This document shows, one piece after another, positions 25,738 to 37,979 of a stretch of 64,000 bases of DNA. A program made the translations under genes and the position numbers. Origin of the DNA: Terriglobia bacterium (GTDB lineage: Bacteria > Acidobacteriota > Terriglobia > 20CM-2-55-15). Below the pieces are notes generated by a model. It had not been told where the DNA came from. It did not search any database and worked only from the letters and a program-made list of their open reading frames with translations. The first letter of the stretch is position 1, and each line of letters begins with the position of its first letter. The stretch is from contig DASXLG010000304.1 of assembly GCA_036496425.1 (NCBI GenBank), positions 7,919 through 71,918 of the forward strand. The letters run 5' to 3'.

Positions 25738-25766
25738 GCTGCGCGCTATCGCGCTTGCGCTTCGCC
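25738..25766 (-). promoter_or_regulatory. 29-bp GC-rich motif GGCTGCGCGCTATCGCGCTTGCGCTTCGC (copy 1), 16 nt upstream of the heptosyltransferase I start; a partial second copy follows at 25772-25788
   Basis: Identical to 43381..43409, and 27/29 to 31037..31066 (reverse orientation on the plus strand, so the same orientation relative to the downstream gene). Confidence 0.5.
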
Positions 25767-26226
25767 TATTCCGGCTGCGCGCGCAGAATTCTGTCTATGA
25801 TATCGCGGGTCGAGTGATTTTTCGCATCACCCGCGATCCGGACCGCGCCGCCGTTCTCCAGTACTTTAGCCCGTTCGGGAACCGTTTGTTCCGTGTAGTC
25901 CGTGCCTTTGGCATGGATGGCAGGCTTCAGCACATCCAATATACGTGAGACGTCGCTTTCATCAAAAAGGAGCACATAGTCGACGCAGCGCAGCGCCGAG
26001 ACCAGCGACACTCTCTCATCCTGCGACAGGATGGGCCGGCCGGAATCTTTGATCAGCCGTATCGAAGCGTCGCTGTTGATCGCGACGACGAGGACGTCGC
26101 CCAGAGCCCGCGCGCCTTCGAGATAGCGCAGATGGCCGACGTGCAGAATGTCGAAGCAGCCGTTGGCCAGAACAACTTTTCTGCCCTTGAGAAGCGGCGG
26201 CAGTTCCGAGACATCCCGCAGCTTCA
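25766..26226 (-). CDS. hldC: D-glycero-beta-D-manno-heptose 1-phosphate adenylyltransferase (HldC / RfaE domain II)
   Basis: Cytidylyltransferase-like GCFDILHVGHLRYLE motif. Start at MKLRDV (ATGA overlap with the hldA stop). The track N-extension is an arginine-rich GC-frame artefact. Confidence 0.85.
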
Positions 26227-27204
26227 TGCGTCCGCCTCGACGGCCTGGACCAGTTCGTCGCGGGTTACCGGACGGGTTCCGTACTTCATCACGACGATCC
26301 CGCCGGCATAGTTGGCGAGGCGTGCCGCTTCCGCGTAGCTCGCGCCGCCGGCCAGAGCGAGAGTGAAGGTGGCGATGACGGTGTCGCCCGCGCCCGTGAC
26401 GTCGGCGACCTCGTCGGATCCATGGATCGGGATATGTGTCGTTTTCTTTCCGCGCTCGAACAACGCCATGCCATCTTTGCCGCGGGTGATCAGCAGCGCT
26501 TCGTGCTTGAGCTTCCGGAGCAGCGTCCGTCCTGCCCATTCAAGTTTCCCGGCATCGTCGCCGATGGAAACGCCGAGTGCGGTTTCGACTTCAGGTTCAT
26601 TCGGCGTCGCTGCCGTCATTCCGGAAAAACTCAGCAGCGAGAATCTCGAATCGATCGTTGCCGGAATCGAATTCTTCCAGGTTTTCGCGATCACCTGCGG
26701 ATTGGCGAGGCCGTAGCCGTAATCCGAAACCAGCAAGCCGTCCGCGTCCTGGATCGCGAGCTTGAATTTTCGTTCGGCGGCCTGCCGCGCTTTATCGTCA
26801 CGAAGCGGTGCGCCCGCATCCAGCCGGACGATCTGCTGCCGCTGGGAATGGACGGCGCCGGCGAGAATCCGGGTTTTTGAGGGCGTTCGATAGGACTTTG
26901 CCATAACGATTCCGCCGACGCCGATTCCGAGGCCGGCAAAGCATGCGATCAGGCGCTGTCCCTCCGCATCGTCGCCGACGATCCCCACCGGAATCGGCCT
27001 GGCTCCGAGGGCGGCCAGGTTGTGGATCGCGTTCGCGCCGCCGCCAGGCACGATTTGCGTTTCGCGGTGATTGAGGATGAGAACCGGAGCCTCGCGTGAG
27101 ATTCTCGAAATTTCACCGTACACGAAGACATCCGCCACCAGGTCACCGAAAACGACGACGCGCTTGCCTTTGAAGCGGTCGATGATCTGGCGCAGCGGAT
27201 TCAT
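26224..27204 (-). CDS. hldA: D-glycero-beta-D-manno-heptose-7-phosphate kinase (HldA / RfaE domain I), PfkB fold
   Basis: 326 aa; PfkB-type kinase motifs (GGGANAI, DVTGAGDTVIA). Confidence 0.85.
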   Translation of the reverse strand: MNPLRQIIDRFKGKRVVVFGDLVADVFVYGEISRISREAPVLILNHRETQIVPGGGANAIHNLAALGARPIPVGIVGDDAEGQRLIACFAGLGIGVGGIVMAKSYRTPSKTRILAGAVHSQRQQIVRLDAGAPLRDDKARQAAERKFKLAIQDADGLLVSDYGYGLANPQVIAKTWKNSIPATIDSRFSLLSFSGMTAATPNEPEVETALGVSIGDDAGKLEWAGRTLLRKLKHEALLITRGKDGMALFERGKKTTHIPIHGSDEVADVTGAGDTVIATFTLALAGGASYAEAARLANYAGGIVVMKYGTRPVTRDELVQAVEADA

Positions 27205-27752
27205 TTAAATGCTCCGGACAGGATGCCGTCCACGGCTTCCATCAGGTTCCCGACAATGAAGTGCGGTTGCTGTTCGTTGGCTTTGTATTTTTCACGCTGA
27301 TCGCGGCCATAGCCGGTAAGAACCAGGATGCTCGTCGCTCCGACGCGATGAGCGGTTTCGATATCGACGAATTTATCGCCAATGACGTACGACTTGCGGA
27401 GGTCTATATCCAGGTCCTGACGCGCCCGAAGCAGCATCCCCGGATTCGGTTTGCGGCAATCGCAGCCGGCTTCCGGCTGGTGGGGGCAGATGTAGATGGC
27501 GTCCAGCGAGGCTTCATGCCGCGCGAGCTCGGTCTTCAGAATCGCATGAACTTCATCGACAGTGGATTCGTTGAAGTAGCCCCGTCCGATGCCCGATTGA
27601 TTGGTGATAAGGATCGCCTTCATTCCGCTCTCGTTGATCTTGCGGATTGCCGGTCCCGCCCAGGGGAACGGTTGATAAAGCCCCGAATGATACATGTAGC
27701 CGACTTCTTCCGAAACCGTGCCGTCCCGATCCATAAATACGGCGCTAAACAC
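27201..27752 (-). CDS. gmhB: D-glycero-D-manno-heptose 1,7-bisphosphate phosphatase (HAD family)
   Basis: FMDRDGTV HAD motif I, CDCRKPNPGM, GDKFVDIE. Confidence 0.85.
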   Translation of the reverse strand: MFSAVFMDRDGTVSEEVGYMYHSGLYQPFPWAGPAIRKINESGMKAILITNQSGIGRGYFNESTVDEVHAILKTELARHEASLDAIYICPHQPEAGCDCRKPNPGMLLRARQDLDIDLRKSYVIGDKFVDIETAHRVGATSILVLTGYGRDQREKYKANEQQPHFIVGNLMEAVDGILSGAFK

Positions 27753-28749
27753 CGATCAGCTCCCGCGCCGCGCGGCAGACGTCATCCACTTTCACGCCTG
27801 TCATGCAGCGGTGATCGATCGGACATTCCCTGAGAAGGCAGGGACTGCATTCGACCTGCTGTTTCACGATCCGTGTGCGGGCGCCGCAGGGAGACGTGAC
27901 ACGGTCGTCGGTCGAGCCGAAAACCGCGACGGTCGGCACCCCCAGCGCCGCGGCGATGTGCATCGGACCGGAATCGTTGGTGATCATCAGTGAAGATTCC
28001 GAAAGGACGCCGATCAACGTTTCGAGCGATGTTTTCCCGTTCAAAATGGCGGTGCGGCCTGTGATCTGGCCGGCCACTTCTTCGGCGATGCCGCGCTCGC
28101 TTTCCGATCCGATGAGAACGACGGACAGTTTTAACTCCCCCGACAGCGCGTTCGCGACGCTCGCAAAGCGATCGGCATACCATCGCTTGGCAGCGCCATA
28201 CGCCGCTCCAGGGTTCAACACCAGAAACGGCGAGCCGGCCGCGATGCCTTCGCTTGCGAGAAGACGCCGGGCGGCCTCGCGTTCTGCCGCAGTGGCCCGA
28301 ATTTCTATCGATGGCTGGACGGCGCCCGGCGTAACCGTTTTCACGAGATCGAGATAGTAGTGCGTCTGATGCCGAACTTCCGCCACAGGCTTCATGGACG
28401 TTGTCAGCATCCAGCGTCGCGCGTCCGTCGCGTAGCCGACGCGCTGCCGGACACCGCCTGCAAACATCATCAGCGCGGATTCGAATGAGTTTGGTAGAAG
28501 GAGGGCGAGATCGAATTCCCCCGCGCGGATCTCGCGCGTGACGCGCCTCCAGTCCGTCAGGCTGGAGGGTTTGGGTTCGCTCCAGACCCTGTCGATAAAC
28601 GGCGCGGAGGTGAACAGCCCCGCCACCCATGGACGAACCATCAATGTGATTTCAGCTTCTGCAAAGTTTTCCCGAACCGCTTTCATCGCGGGGATCGCGA
28701 GAACGGCGTCTCCCACCCAGTTCGGTCCACGGATCAGAATTTTTTTCAT
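27745..28749 (-). CDS. ADP-heptose:LPS heptosyltransferase II-like (GT9)
   Basis: MKKILIRGPNWVGDAVLAIPA N-terminus; GT9 motifs (NDSGPMHIAAALG). Confidence 0.8.
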   Translation of the reverse strand: MKKILIRGPNWVGDAVLAIPAMKAVRENFAEAEITLMVRPWVAGLFTSAPFIDRVWSEPKPSSLTDWRRVTREIRAGEFDLALLLPNSFESALMMFAGGVRQRVGYATDARRWMLTTSMKPVAEVRHQTHYYLDLVKTVTPGAVQPSIEIRATAAEREAARRLLASEGIAAGSPFLVLNPGAAYGAAKRWYADRFASVANALSGELKLSVVLIGSESERGIAEEVAGQITGRTAILNGKTSLETLIGVLSESSLMITNDSGPMHIAAALGVPTVAVFGSTDDRVTSPCGARTRIVKQQVECSPCLLRECPIDHRCMTGVKVDDVCRAARELIGV

Positions 28750-28815
28750 GCCATCTGTGTCTGAATTGCGCATGCACAAAAAGTTCTCACAAGCCGTGTT
28801 TCCCCGTGGCCTCGC

Positions 28816-29744
28816 CTACCTGCCTGTAAAACACTTTCTCAGGATTAGTCCCATCAACTCCTCAAACGCCCGAATCTTAGCAGAGATCCGAAGGTAGCAG
28901 AACGGGCGGCTTGTCAGGCCGTGCAGACGGACTGCATCTTTTTCAGTGGTAAGCAGGAGCTCTCCCCCCAGCTTCTCAAGCTCACGGGTTGAATAGCGAT
29001 GATGGTCGGCAAAATGAACGCATTCGGCGGGTTGGATGCCCATCGAACGGACGGCCATGAAGAATCGTTCGGGTTTTGCGATCCCCCCGAAGGCCACGAT
29101 GCGCCGGCCATTCAGGGTCGCCACCGGTACTTCCGCCCCATCCTTATATATACCTTCGATCTCTGTCCGCACGGCGAAGGTTGGAACGGAAAGATCCGGC
29201 CCCGGTACGCCCTCGATCTCCTGCACGCATGCGGCATGGGCGCGGGCAATGGCCGATTTGGGTTCGCGCCACCGGCCGGCCGGCAGCAATGCTTCACCCT
29301 CAGCCCATTCGATCGGATCGATCGAAACAATATCGAAGTCGCGATGCAGGTGGCGATGCTGGAAGCCATCATCGAGGATGAAAATGTTTCCCGATTGCTT
29401 CTGTTGGGCAACCAGGCCCGCCTCGTATCGATCGGCTCCAACCACAACCGGAACGTTCCCCAGGCGCTGTTTCATCAGCATCGGTTCATCGCCGCATTGT
29501 TCCCAGTCGGACTCCGCGATGACTATGCCCCGGCTGACTCTGCGATAGCCGCGTGAAAGGATCACGGGCCGGAAGCCTCGATCGCGCAGTTGTTCGGCGA
29601 TAGCGATGACGATGGGAGTCTTGCCGGTTCCTCCAAGGGTCAGGTTGCCGACGCTGATGACGGGATAACTCAATCGCCGCGTGGGAAGGATTCCGGACTC
29701 ATAGAGCCTGGCGCGGGCTTTGACGAGAAGACCGAAGGCCCGGC

Positions 29745-29748
<4 letters not shown>
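28816..29748 (-). CDS. lpxK: Tetraacyldisaccharide 4'-kinase
   Basis: VISVGNLTLGGTGKTP P-loop typical of LpxK. Confidence 0.85.
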
Positions 29749-32084
<2,336 letters not shown>

Positions 32085-32094
32085 GCGAAACGCT

Positions 32095-33279
32095 TTGAAC
32101 AAGCTATCGATTTCAGATTTGGCATTGTCCGGCAAGCGCGTGTTCATGCGTGTGGATTTCAACGTCCCGCTGGCGGACGGCAAGATCACCGATGATACGC
32201 GGATCACGGCCGCCCTCCCTTCGATTCAATATGTGCTGGATAAAGGCGGGCGGCTGATTCTCGCGTCGCACCTGGGACGCCCCAAGGGAAAGCCGGAGCC
32301 AAAGTACAGTTTGAAGCCGGCTGCGGTTCGATTGGGAGAATTGCTTAAACGCCAGGTCCCGCTTGCGCCGGATTGCGTCGGTCCCGAAGTCGAGCGGATG
32401 GTTGGCGCGCTCGAGAACGGCGGCGTCCTGCTTCTCGAGAACCTCCGTTTCCACGCGGAAGAAGAAAAGAACGATCCTGCTTTTGCAAAGCAACTCGCGG
32501 CCCTCTGCGACGTATATATAAATGATGCGTTCGGCGCTGCTCACCGGGCGCATGCGTCGACGGCGGGCATCGCGGGCTACGTCAACCAGTCGGCGGCTGG
32601 ATTTTTGATGCAGAAGGAAATCGAGTCTCTGAATCACGCGCTGACCAAAGCCGAAAAACCGTATGTTTCGATCGTCGGCGGGGCGAAGATCTCGGACAAG
32701 ATCGAGCTGATCGAAAACTTCATCAGCATCGCAGACACCATCCTGATCGGTGGTGCGATGGCGTACACCTTTCTCCGGGCGAAAGGGATTCAGACCGGCA
32801 AATCGCTTGTCGAAAGCGACAAGATCGAGCTGGCAAAGGAACTGATGACAAAAGCGGCGCAAAGGAATGTCTCGCTGCAGTTGCCGGTGGATCACGTCGT
32901 CGCGCCTGCTCTGGACAGCAGCGAGGCGAAAACGGTACCGGTTGAACAGACGCCCGCGGACCAGATGGGATTGGACATCGGACCGGAAACCGTTCGCCTC
33001 TACTCCGGGATCATCCGCGCGGCGAAAACCATTGTGTGGAACGGCCCGATGGGCGTTTTTGAGAATCCGAAGTTCGCACAAGGGACATTTGCGATCGCGC
33101 GCGCCGTTGCGGAAGCAAATGCGTTTTCGATTGTGGGTGGGGGCGATTCCGCTGCCGCCGTGGCGCAGTCGGGCATGGAATCCAAAATTACGCATATCTC
33201 CACCGGTGGTGGTGCATCGCTGGAGTTTCTGTCGGGGCAGAAGTTGCCGGGCGTCGAGGTTTTAACGGACAGAGCATGA
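32095..33279 (+). CDS. pgk: Phosphoglycerate kinase
   Basis: 394 aa; [17 protein letters not shown] motifs. Confidence 0.95.
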   Translation: MNKLSISDLALSGKRVFMRVDFNVPLADGKITDDTRITAALPSIQYVLDKGGRLILASHLGRPKGKPEPKYSLKPAAVRLGELLKRQVPLAPDCVGPEVERMVGALENGGVLLLENLRFHAEEEKNDPAFAKQLAALCDVYINDAFGAAHRAHASTAGIAGYVNQSAAGFLMQKEIESLNHALTKAEKPYVSIVGGAKISDKIELIENFISIADTILIGGAMAYTFLRAKGIQTGKSLVESDKIELAKELMTKAAQRNVSLQLPVDHVVAPALDSSEAKTVPVEQTPADQMGLDIGPETVRLYSGIIRAAKTIVWNGPMGVFENPKFAQGTFAIARAVAEANAFSIVGGGDSAAAVAQSGMESKITHISTGGGASLEFLSGQKLPGVEVLTDRA

Positions 33280-33321
33280 GCGGAGCGAATGCAAGCCCGC
33301 TAGGGCGCAGCAAGTAAGAAG

Positions 33322-34074
33322 ATGAGAAGACCAGTCATTGCGGGAAACTGGAAGATGTTCAAGACGCGGGGGGAGACGAGTGCGTTCTTCGAAGGGCTGC
33401 TCCCGCAGATTCAAACCGTCAAGCATTGTGAAATCGTGGTCGCTCCACCCTTCACGGCACTTTCGACCGCGGTCGACCAGGCCTCCGGAACCATCGTCAG
33501 GATCTCGGCCCAGGACGTTCATTGGGAAAAAGAGGGCGCGTTCACCGGAGAAGTTTCCGTCCGGATGCTTCGAGAGGTCGGCTGCACCTATACGATCATC
33601 GGGCATTCCGAGCGCCGTCAATATTTCGGTGAAACCGACCAAACGGTTCAGAAGAAAACGCTTACGGCAGTCGCGGGAGGCTTGAAAGCGATCGTCTGCG
33701 TGGGTGAAGTGCTGGCGGAACGGGATGCCGGACAGGCGGTGGATGTGGTCAGGCGGCAGGTGCAGAATGGGTTAGCTGGGTTGACCGGGCCCGACCTTTC
33801 CAATATTATTGTGGCTTACGAGCCGGTATGGGCCATCGGCACTGGGCGTACTGCAACACCTGAAATCGCCGCCGAAATGCACGCCGCAATCCGCAAGACC
33901 TACGCAGAAATCTATAACGAGGCTGCAGCAGATGCGCTTCGCATTCTGTACGGCGGAAGCGTCAAGCCTGACAATATTTCGGCTCTGATGAAAAAAGAGG
34001 ATATCGATGGCGCCCTGGTCGGAGGCGCAAGCCTGGATCCGGCCTCGTTTGCAGCCATCATTAATAGCAACTAA
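33322..34074 (+). CDS. tpiA: Triosephosphate isomerase
   Basis: 250 aa; IAGNWKM, GHSERR, YEPVWAIGTG motifs. Confidence 0.95.
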   Translation: MRRPVIAGNWKMFKTRGETSAFFEGLLPQIQTVKHCEIVVAPPFTALSTAVDQASGTIVRISAQDVHWEKEGAFTGEVSVRMLREVGCTYTIIGHSERRQYFGETDQTVQKKTLTAVAGGLKAIVCVGEVLAERDAGQAVDVVRRQVQNGLAGLTGPDLSNIIVAYEPVWAIGTGRTATPEIAAEMHAAIRKTYAEIYNEAAADALRILYGGSVKPDNISALMKKEDIDGALVGGASLDPASFAAIINSN

Positions 34075-34078
34075 ATCA

Positions 34079-34459
34079 ATGCTTACTATACTGACGATTT
34101 TGCACGTTCTCGTTTGCATATTTCTGATTTTCGTCGTGCTCCTTCAGCAGGCTCAAAACGCGGATTGGTCCGGAGCCTTCGGCGGCGGTGGCACCCAGAC
34201 GGCGTTTGGACAGCGCGGAGCCGGCACGCTCCTGAGCAAGGCGACGACCGTCTCCGCCGTCATATTCATGATCACGTCGATGGCTTTGACGATTATGATT
34301 ACACGGCCGGGCGGCAATTCGGTCGTTCGTGAAGGCGCAAAACAAAATCAGTCGCAACAACAGCAGCAACCGCAGCCGGCCCAACAGGCTCCGGCCCAGC
34401 CGCAGCAACAGCAAAGTGCTCCGGCTCCGGCCACGCCAGGCACGCCGGAAAAGAAGTAA
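34079..34459 (+). CDS. secG: Preprotein translocase subunit SecG with a Q/P-rich C-terminal tail
   Basis: Start at MLTILTILHVLVCIFLIFVVLLQQ (typical SecG N-terminus); conserved position after tpiA. Confidence 0.8.
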   Translation: MLTILTILHVLVCIFLIFVVLLQQAQNADWSGAFGGGGTQTAFGQRGAGTLLSKATTVSAVIFMITSMALTIMITRPGGNSVVREGAKQNQSQQQQQPQPAQQAPAQPQQQQSAPAPATPGTPEKK

Positions 34460-34506
34460 TGTAGCCGCGGGCGGCGGTCACTGTGACCTTACGTCCGCGA
34501 GACCTC

Positions 34507-34588
34507 GCCGAAGTGGTGGAACTGGCAGACACACCATCTTGAGGGGGTGGCGCCGCAAGGCGTGCGGGTTCGAATCCCGCCTTCGGCA
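34507..34588 (+). tRNA. tRNA-Leu (anticodon GAG), long variable arm
   Basis: Manual fold: acceptor GCCGAAG/CTTCGGC, anticodon stem CCATC/GGTGG with loop TTGAGGG, variable arm CGCCGCAAGGCGTG, T-arm CGGGTTCGAATCCCG, discriminator A. Sits after secG as with E. coli leuU. Confidence 0.85.
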
Positions 34589-34596
34589 TCAACGAT

Positions 34597-35319
34597 CTAG
34601 CCGTACCCTGCACCGGGGTACAGTACATTCAGCGCAAACGTAAATATCGGATCGAAGAGTTTGTCGAACAGGAACCATGCGGCGATGATGCCTGCCATGC
34701 TGAAGGTGGGGTCGCGAATGAATTCCAGGAACCGCAAGGCGGCGCGTTCGCTCATGAGAACGGTGATTCCGGTGCTTCCGTCCAGCGGCGGTACCGGCAG
34801 TAAATTAAACGTTCCCAGCAGCAGGTTTTCAAAAAACAGGACGCTGATGAACATTGCGGCGAAGGTCAGAATCGGAGTCGACTCCGGATGGACGGCTTCC
34901 GTGATGTGTGTAAATCCGGCCGAGCTGGGTTGTTGAAATACACCCGCGGCCATGCCGGCGCGGATACCGATTGCCGCGATGAGCATTAACGCAAAGTTCG
35001 CGCCGGGTCCCGCCAACGACATCCAGGCGGCGCGCCTGGGATATCGGGCCTGCCAGAACGGATCGTAAGGCGCGCTCGCCCAACCGATCATCCAGCCTCC
35101 AAGCAGGAACGAGAAAATCGGCACGAGCATCATTCCAAACGGTTCCCGCCGCATGTGAGGAATGGGATTCAGCGTGACCTGCCCGCCGTGGAAAGCCGTC
35201 AGGTCGCCGCCCCATTTGGCAGCCAGCGAGTGCGAGGCCTCATGACAAGTCGTCGAAAACAAAAACACGATGTACCAGATAAGACCTTGGGCCAGGAATT
35301 CCGGTGAAAGCTGCTGCAT
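34597..35319 (-). CDS. M50-family (site-2 protease-like) membrane metalloprotease
   Basis: HEASHSLAA (HExxH) in a TM segment, plus LLPVPPLDGS motif. Confidence 0.7.
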   Translation of the reverse strand: MQQLSPEFLAQGLIWYIVFLFSTTCHEASHSLAAKWGGDLTAFHGGQVTLNPIPHMRREPFGMMLVPIFSFLLGGWMIGWASAPYDPFWQARYPRRAAWMSLAGPGANFALMLIAAIGIRAGMAAGVFQQPSSAGFTHITEAVHPESTPILTFAAMFISVLFFENLLLGTFNLLPVPPLDGSTGITVLMSERAALRFLEFIRDPTFSMAGIIAAWFLFDKLFDPIFTFALNVLYPGAGYG

Positions 35320-35374
35320 CGATCTTCATGTTACTCGAAAGGCGGCAGAAATCAGATTAGACTAACGCGCACGC

Positions 35375-35902
35375 ATGACGAAAACGGACTTGACGGCCCA
35401 TCTCGAAGTCATCCGGCAGAACGTAACAGCGGGCCTCGCCGCCCTCGCGGTTCTTTCATCAAAGGAAGCGCGGCCGTTGCTCGAAAATGGTGCGGCTCAG
35501 TTCGGAAATTTCCGCGTGGACTTCTACGAAATCGCTCTCCTTATGAGGGAAGATGAGAAAAAAGCGGCTTTCACCGCGCAGTTCGTCCAGTTGCTGATTC
35601 GAACCCTCGTCCGAGAGCCGTTCGATCTGATCGTTCAGTACTGCGATTCCAGCAGCCAATCGGCCTCGCTAAAACAACAGGATTGGTACAGGTTCGCTCG
35701 CTTCATTCGCGATGCCATTGCCCGCGGTTTCCGTTTCGAATTCAACTCCTTCGACAGGGGGCTGGCCATGCCCGTCGTATGGAAGGACAAGAAGATAACA
35801 GGCGCTCACGATGGCCAGCCTATCGAATTGGATTTCTTCGGCATGTTCGACGCCTGGGCTCTCTTCACAGAGATGAAGGCCTTCGCGGCACGCCTCGCTT
35901 AG
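35375..35902 (+). CDS. Hypothetical protein (175 aa), no recognisable domain
   Basis: Clean ORF divergent from the M50 protease gene. Confidence 0.45.
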   Translation: MTKTDLTAHLEVIRQNVTAGLAALAVLSSKEARPLLENGAAQFGNFRVDFYEIALLMREDEKKAAFTAQFVQLLIRTLVREPFDLIVQYCDSSSQSASLKQQDWYRFARFIRDAIARGFRFEFNSFDRGLAMPVVWKDKKITGAHDGQPIELDFFGMFDAWALFTEMKAFAARLA

Positions 35903-35923
35903 CCACGGCCCCGTCAAAAGTAG

Positions 35924-36027
35924 TTTAGCCGCAGATGACGCAGATGAAGCGGATGGGGCGCGAACAGGGACTTATGATGCCCCCCCATCCGCGTCATCTG
36001 CGTCATCTGCGGCTAAAACCTCTTTCG
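35924..36027. other. Very long hairpin: ~35-bp stem (1 mismatch) with a ~27-nt loop
   Basis: TTTAGCCGCAGATGACGCAGATGAAGCGGATGGGG ... CCCCATCCGCGTCATCTGCGTCATCTGCGGCTAAA; the track ORF 35935..36150 inside it is an artefact. Confidence 0.5.
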
Positions 36028-36106
36028 AAGAATCATAAGATAGCTGCATGCCCAAACGATATCCTGAAGAAAGCAGGTATGCAGCCAGGAAAGAATAGGA
36101 GAGCAC

Positions 36107-36316
36107 ATGGCTATCAGCGCGCGGAACCAGCTCAAGGGCAAGATCACTGAAATCATTATGGGAGACGTGATGGCGCACATCACGATTCGCGTCGGACAGA
36201 ATGTCATCGATTCCGTCATTACTCGAAAGAGCGCCGAGGAACTCCAGTTGAAAAAAGGCGACAGCGTGATCGCTGTGGTTAAAGCCACCGAGGTCATGGT
36301 CCACAAAGGCAACTGA
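36107..36316 (+). CDS. Molybdate-binding Mop/TOBE-domain protein
   Basis: 69 aa, MAISARNQLKGKITEI...GDSVIAVVKATEVMV typical of Mop/TOBE. Confidence 0.75.
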   Translation: MAISARNQLKGKITEIIMGDVMAHITIRVGQNVIDSVITRKSAEELQLKKGDSVIAVVKATEVMVHKGN

Positions 36317-36467
36317 GCGGTTCCGCGACACCGCCGATCCATCCATAAAAAATCGATAAACGCCCTTGTAACTCATAGTTGCATACGTGATTCGTCTTCT
36401 TGCGTCCAATGTACATCGTGGTACGATATCTACCAACGATGTGTGTGAATGATGAAAGGAGACCCAC

Positions 36468-37229
36468 GTGAAGCGACGAATTCAAAACGTCAGCCTTATT
36501 TTGGCGATAGCTGCTTTCGCTCTCGCAGGCTGCAAGAAACATGTGGCGGCGAACACGCCGACACCCGCGCCTGCACCGGCGCCTCAACGCGCTGCCGCAC
36601 CCACGATTACCTTGAGAGCCACTCCCGGCGCTCTGGACCGGGGACAGGCGGCAACTCTGCAGTGGGATGCAAAGAACGCGACAAACGTTCAAATCCAGCC
36701 GGCGGTCGGTACGGTTACGAGCACGGGCTCGCGGTCCGTTAATCCGACCTCCTCTGTGACCTACACGGCGACCGCGACCGGACCGGGTGGGTCAGCATCA
36801 GACTCTGCGCGAATTACGGTTCGCGTCCCCGCTGCGCCGGCTGCCCGGGCCACGCCGCGTGCGGCTCCGAATGTCAACATGGCGGACCTCTTCAGACAAA
36901 ACGTCGAGATGGTCCATTTCGATTACGACAAAGCCGATATCCGTCCCGATCAGATTGCGCGCTTGCAGAACGATGCGGCATGGCTGAAACAGCATCCCGG
37001 CGTCAAGTTCACCGTAGAGGGGCATTGTGACGATCGCGGCAGTGAAGAGTACAACCTCGGATTAGGCGATCGCCGGGCGAATGCGGTGAAAGAGTATCTC
37101 GTGAAGCAGGGCGTGCCTCAGACGGTCATTACAACGATCAGCTATGGCGAAGAACGGCCCCTGTGCCGCGATGATAATGAACAGTGTTTCCAGCAAAACC
37201 GCCGGGCGGCATTTTCGCCGGCATCATGA
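36468..37229 (+). CDS. OmpA-family lipoprotein (Pal-like peptidoglycan-associated protein)
   Basis: GTG start with RBS AAGGAGA; lipobox LAGC. C-terminal OmpA-like domain (VHFDYDKADIRPDQ...VEGHCDDRGSEEYNLGLGDRRANAV). Confidence 0.8.
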   Translation: MKRRIQNVSLILAIAAFALAGCKKHVAANTPTPAPAPAPQRAAAPTITLRATPGALDRGQAATLQWDAKNATNVQIQPAVGTVTSTGSRSVNPTSSVTYTATATGPGGSASDSARITVRVPAAPAARATPRAAPNVNMADLFRQNVEMVHFDYDKADIRPDQIARLQNDAAWLKQHPGVKFTVEGHCDDRGSEEYNLGLGDRRANAVKEYLVKQGVPQTVITTISYGEERPLCRDDNEQCFQQNRRAAFSPAS

Positions 37230-37964
37230 TCGTGAGTCCTGGCAGATGTATTCAAACATCTCGCCGTCTTTGACCCATGATGATGGCGACTTCTCGGTAA
37301 TGGTCCACTTGCCGGACCATGGTTTGGTATACGCACCAGGATCGTCGATCGTGAATTCGTAGCTCAGCGTCTTGAGATTCGGTCGCGAGATCCTCTCGGT
37401 CATGTGAAGCTGTTGGGTCGTCGGATACGATCCGGCGACCCACTGCTTCTCGTTAAAGCCTACCGTGTCGATGACGAGAGTATCTTCTTCCCAGTGGCCG
37501 GTCGAATGGCCAAGAAACGTCGGCCTCAAATCTTCGCCTGCAGGATGCGGCCGTCCATCCATGTAGATAACCCGCCAGGAATGTGGTCCCGCGATATTCA
37601 GGATAAAGATACGTTTCAGCTCCGGTACGTCGACGATTTCGAAACCCGGAGCATTGAAGAACGACGGACCCGCGCCCGGTTTGCAACTTACCAGGGGTGG
37701 GTACAAGTCGTTTCGGGATGTCCTGTATTGATAGAGAGCCCTCGCCCAGGGTTGGAGTGGAACGTCCGCCGCGCGCGGCATCCCGCCAAGACCGGGCCGC
37801 ACTTCCCAGTAACCCTTCTGATCGTGCGTCGAGCCGAGATTGACGTGGCCATCGGGCCAGCGTGGCGCAGCTTCGGTTGCCGGACCTGCCTGTGAAAACG
37901 AAAGAACTGTAAGAGAACACAGAATTACGAGCACCATCGCGATTCTGACGGCGAGCTTCAACAC
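37224..37964 (-). CDS. Secreted protein of unknown function (domain B); paralog of the C-terminal half of 38382..39506
   Basis: Signal peptide. Blocks shared with 38382..39506: RWPDG, KGYW, WRVIY-DGRP, GHWE-DTLV-D, TER, YE-TIDDP-AYT. Confidence 0.6.
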   Translation of the reverse strand: MLKLAVRIAMVLVILCSLTVLSFSQAGPATEAAPRWPDGHVNLGSTHDQKGYWEVRPGLGGMPRAADVPLQPWARALYQYRTSRNDLYPPLVSCKPGAGPSFFNAPGFEIVDVPELKRIFILNIAGPHSWRVIYMDGRPHPAGEDLRPTFLGHSTGHWEEDTLVIDTVGFNEKQWVAGSYPTTQQLHMTERISRPNLKTLSYEFTIDDPGAYTKPWSGKWTITEKSPSSWVKDGEMFEYICQDSRS

Positions 37965-37979
37965 GGATACCTCCGCCTG

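Noticed and set aside
35935-36150. 71-aa ORF MTQMKRMGREQGLMMPPHPRHLRHLRL...
   Set aside because: Lies inside the 35-bp-stem hairpin. The peptide repeats (PRHLRHLR) are the stem sequence read in frame. No RBS.
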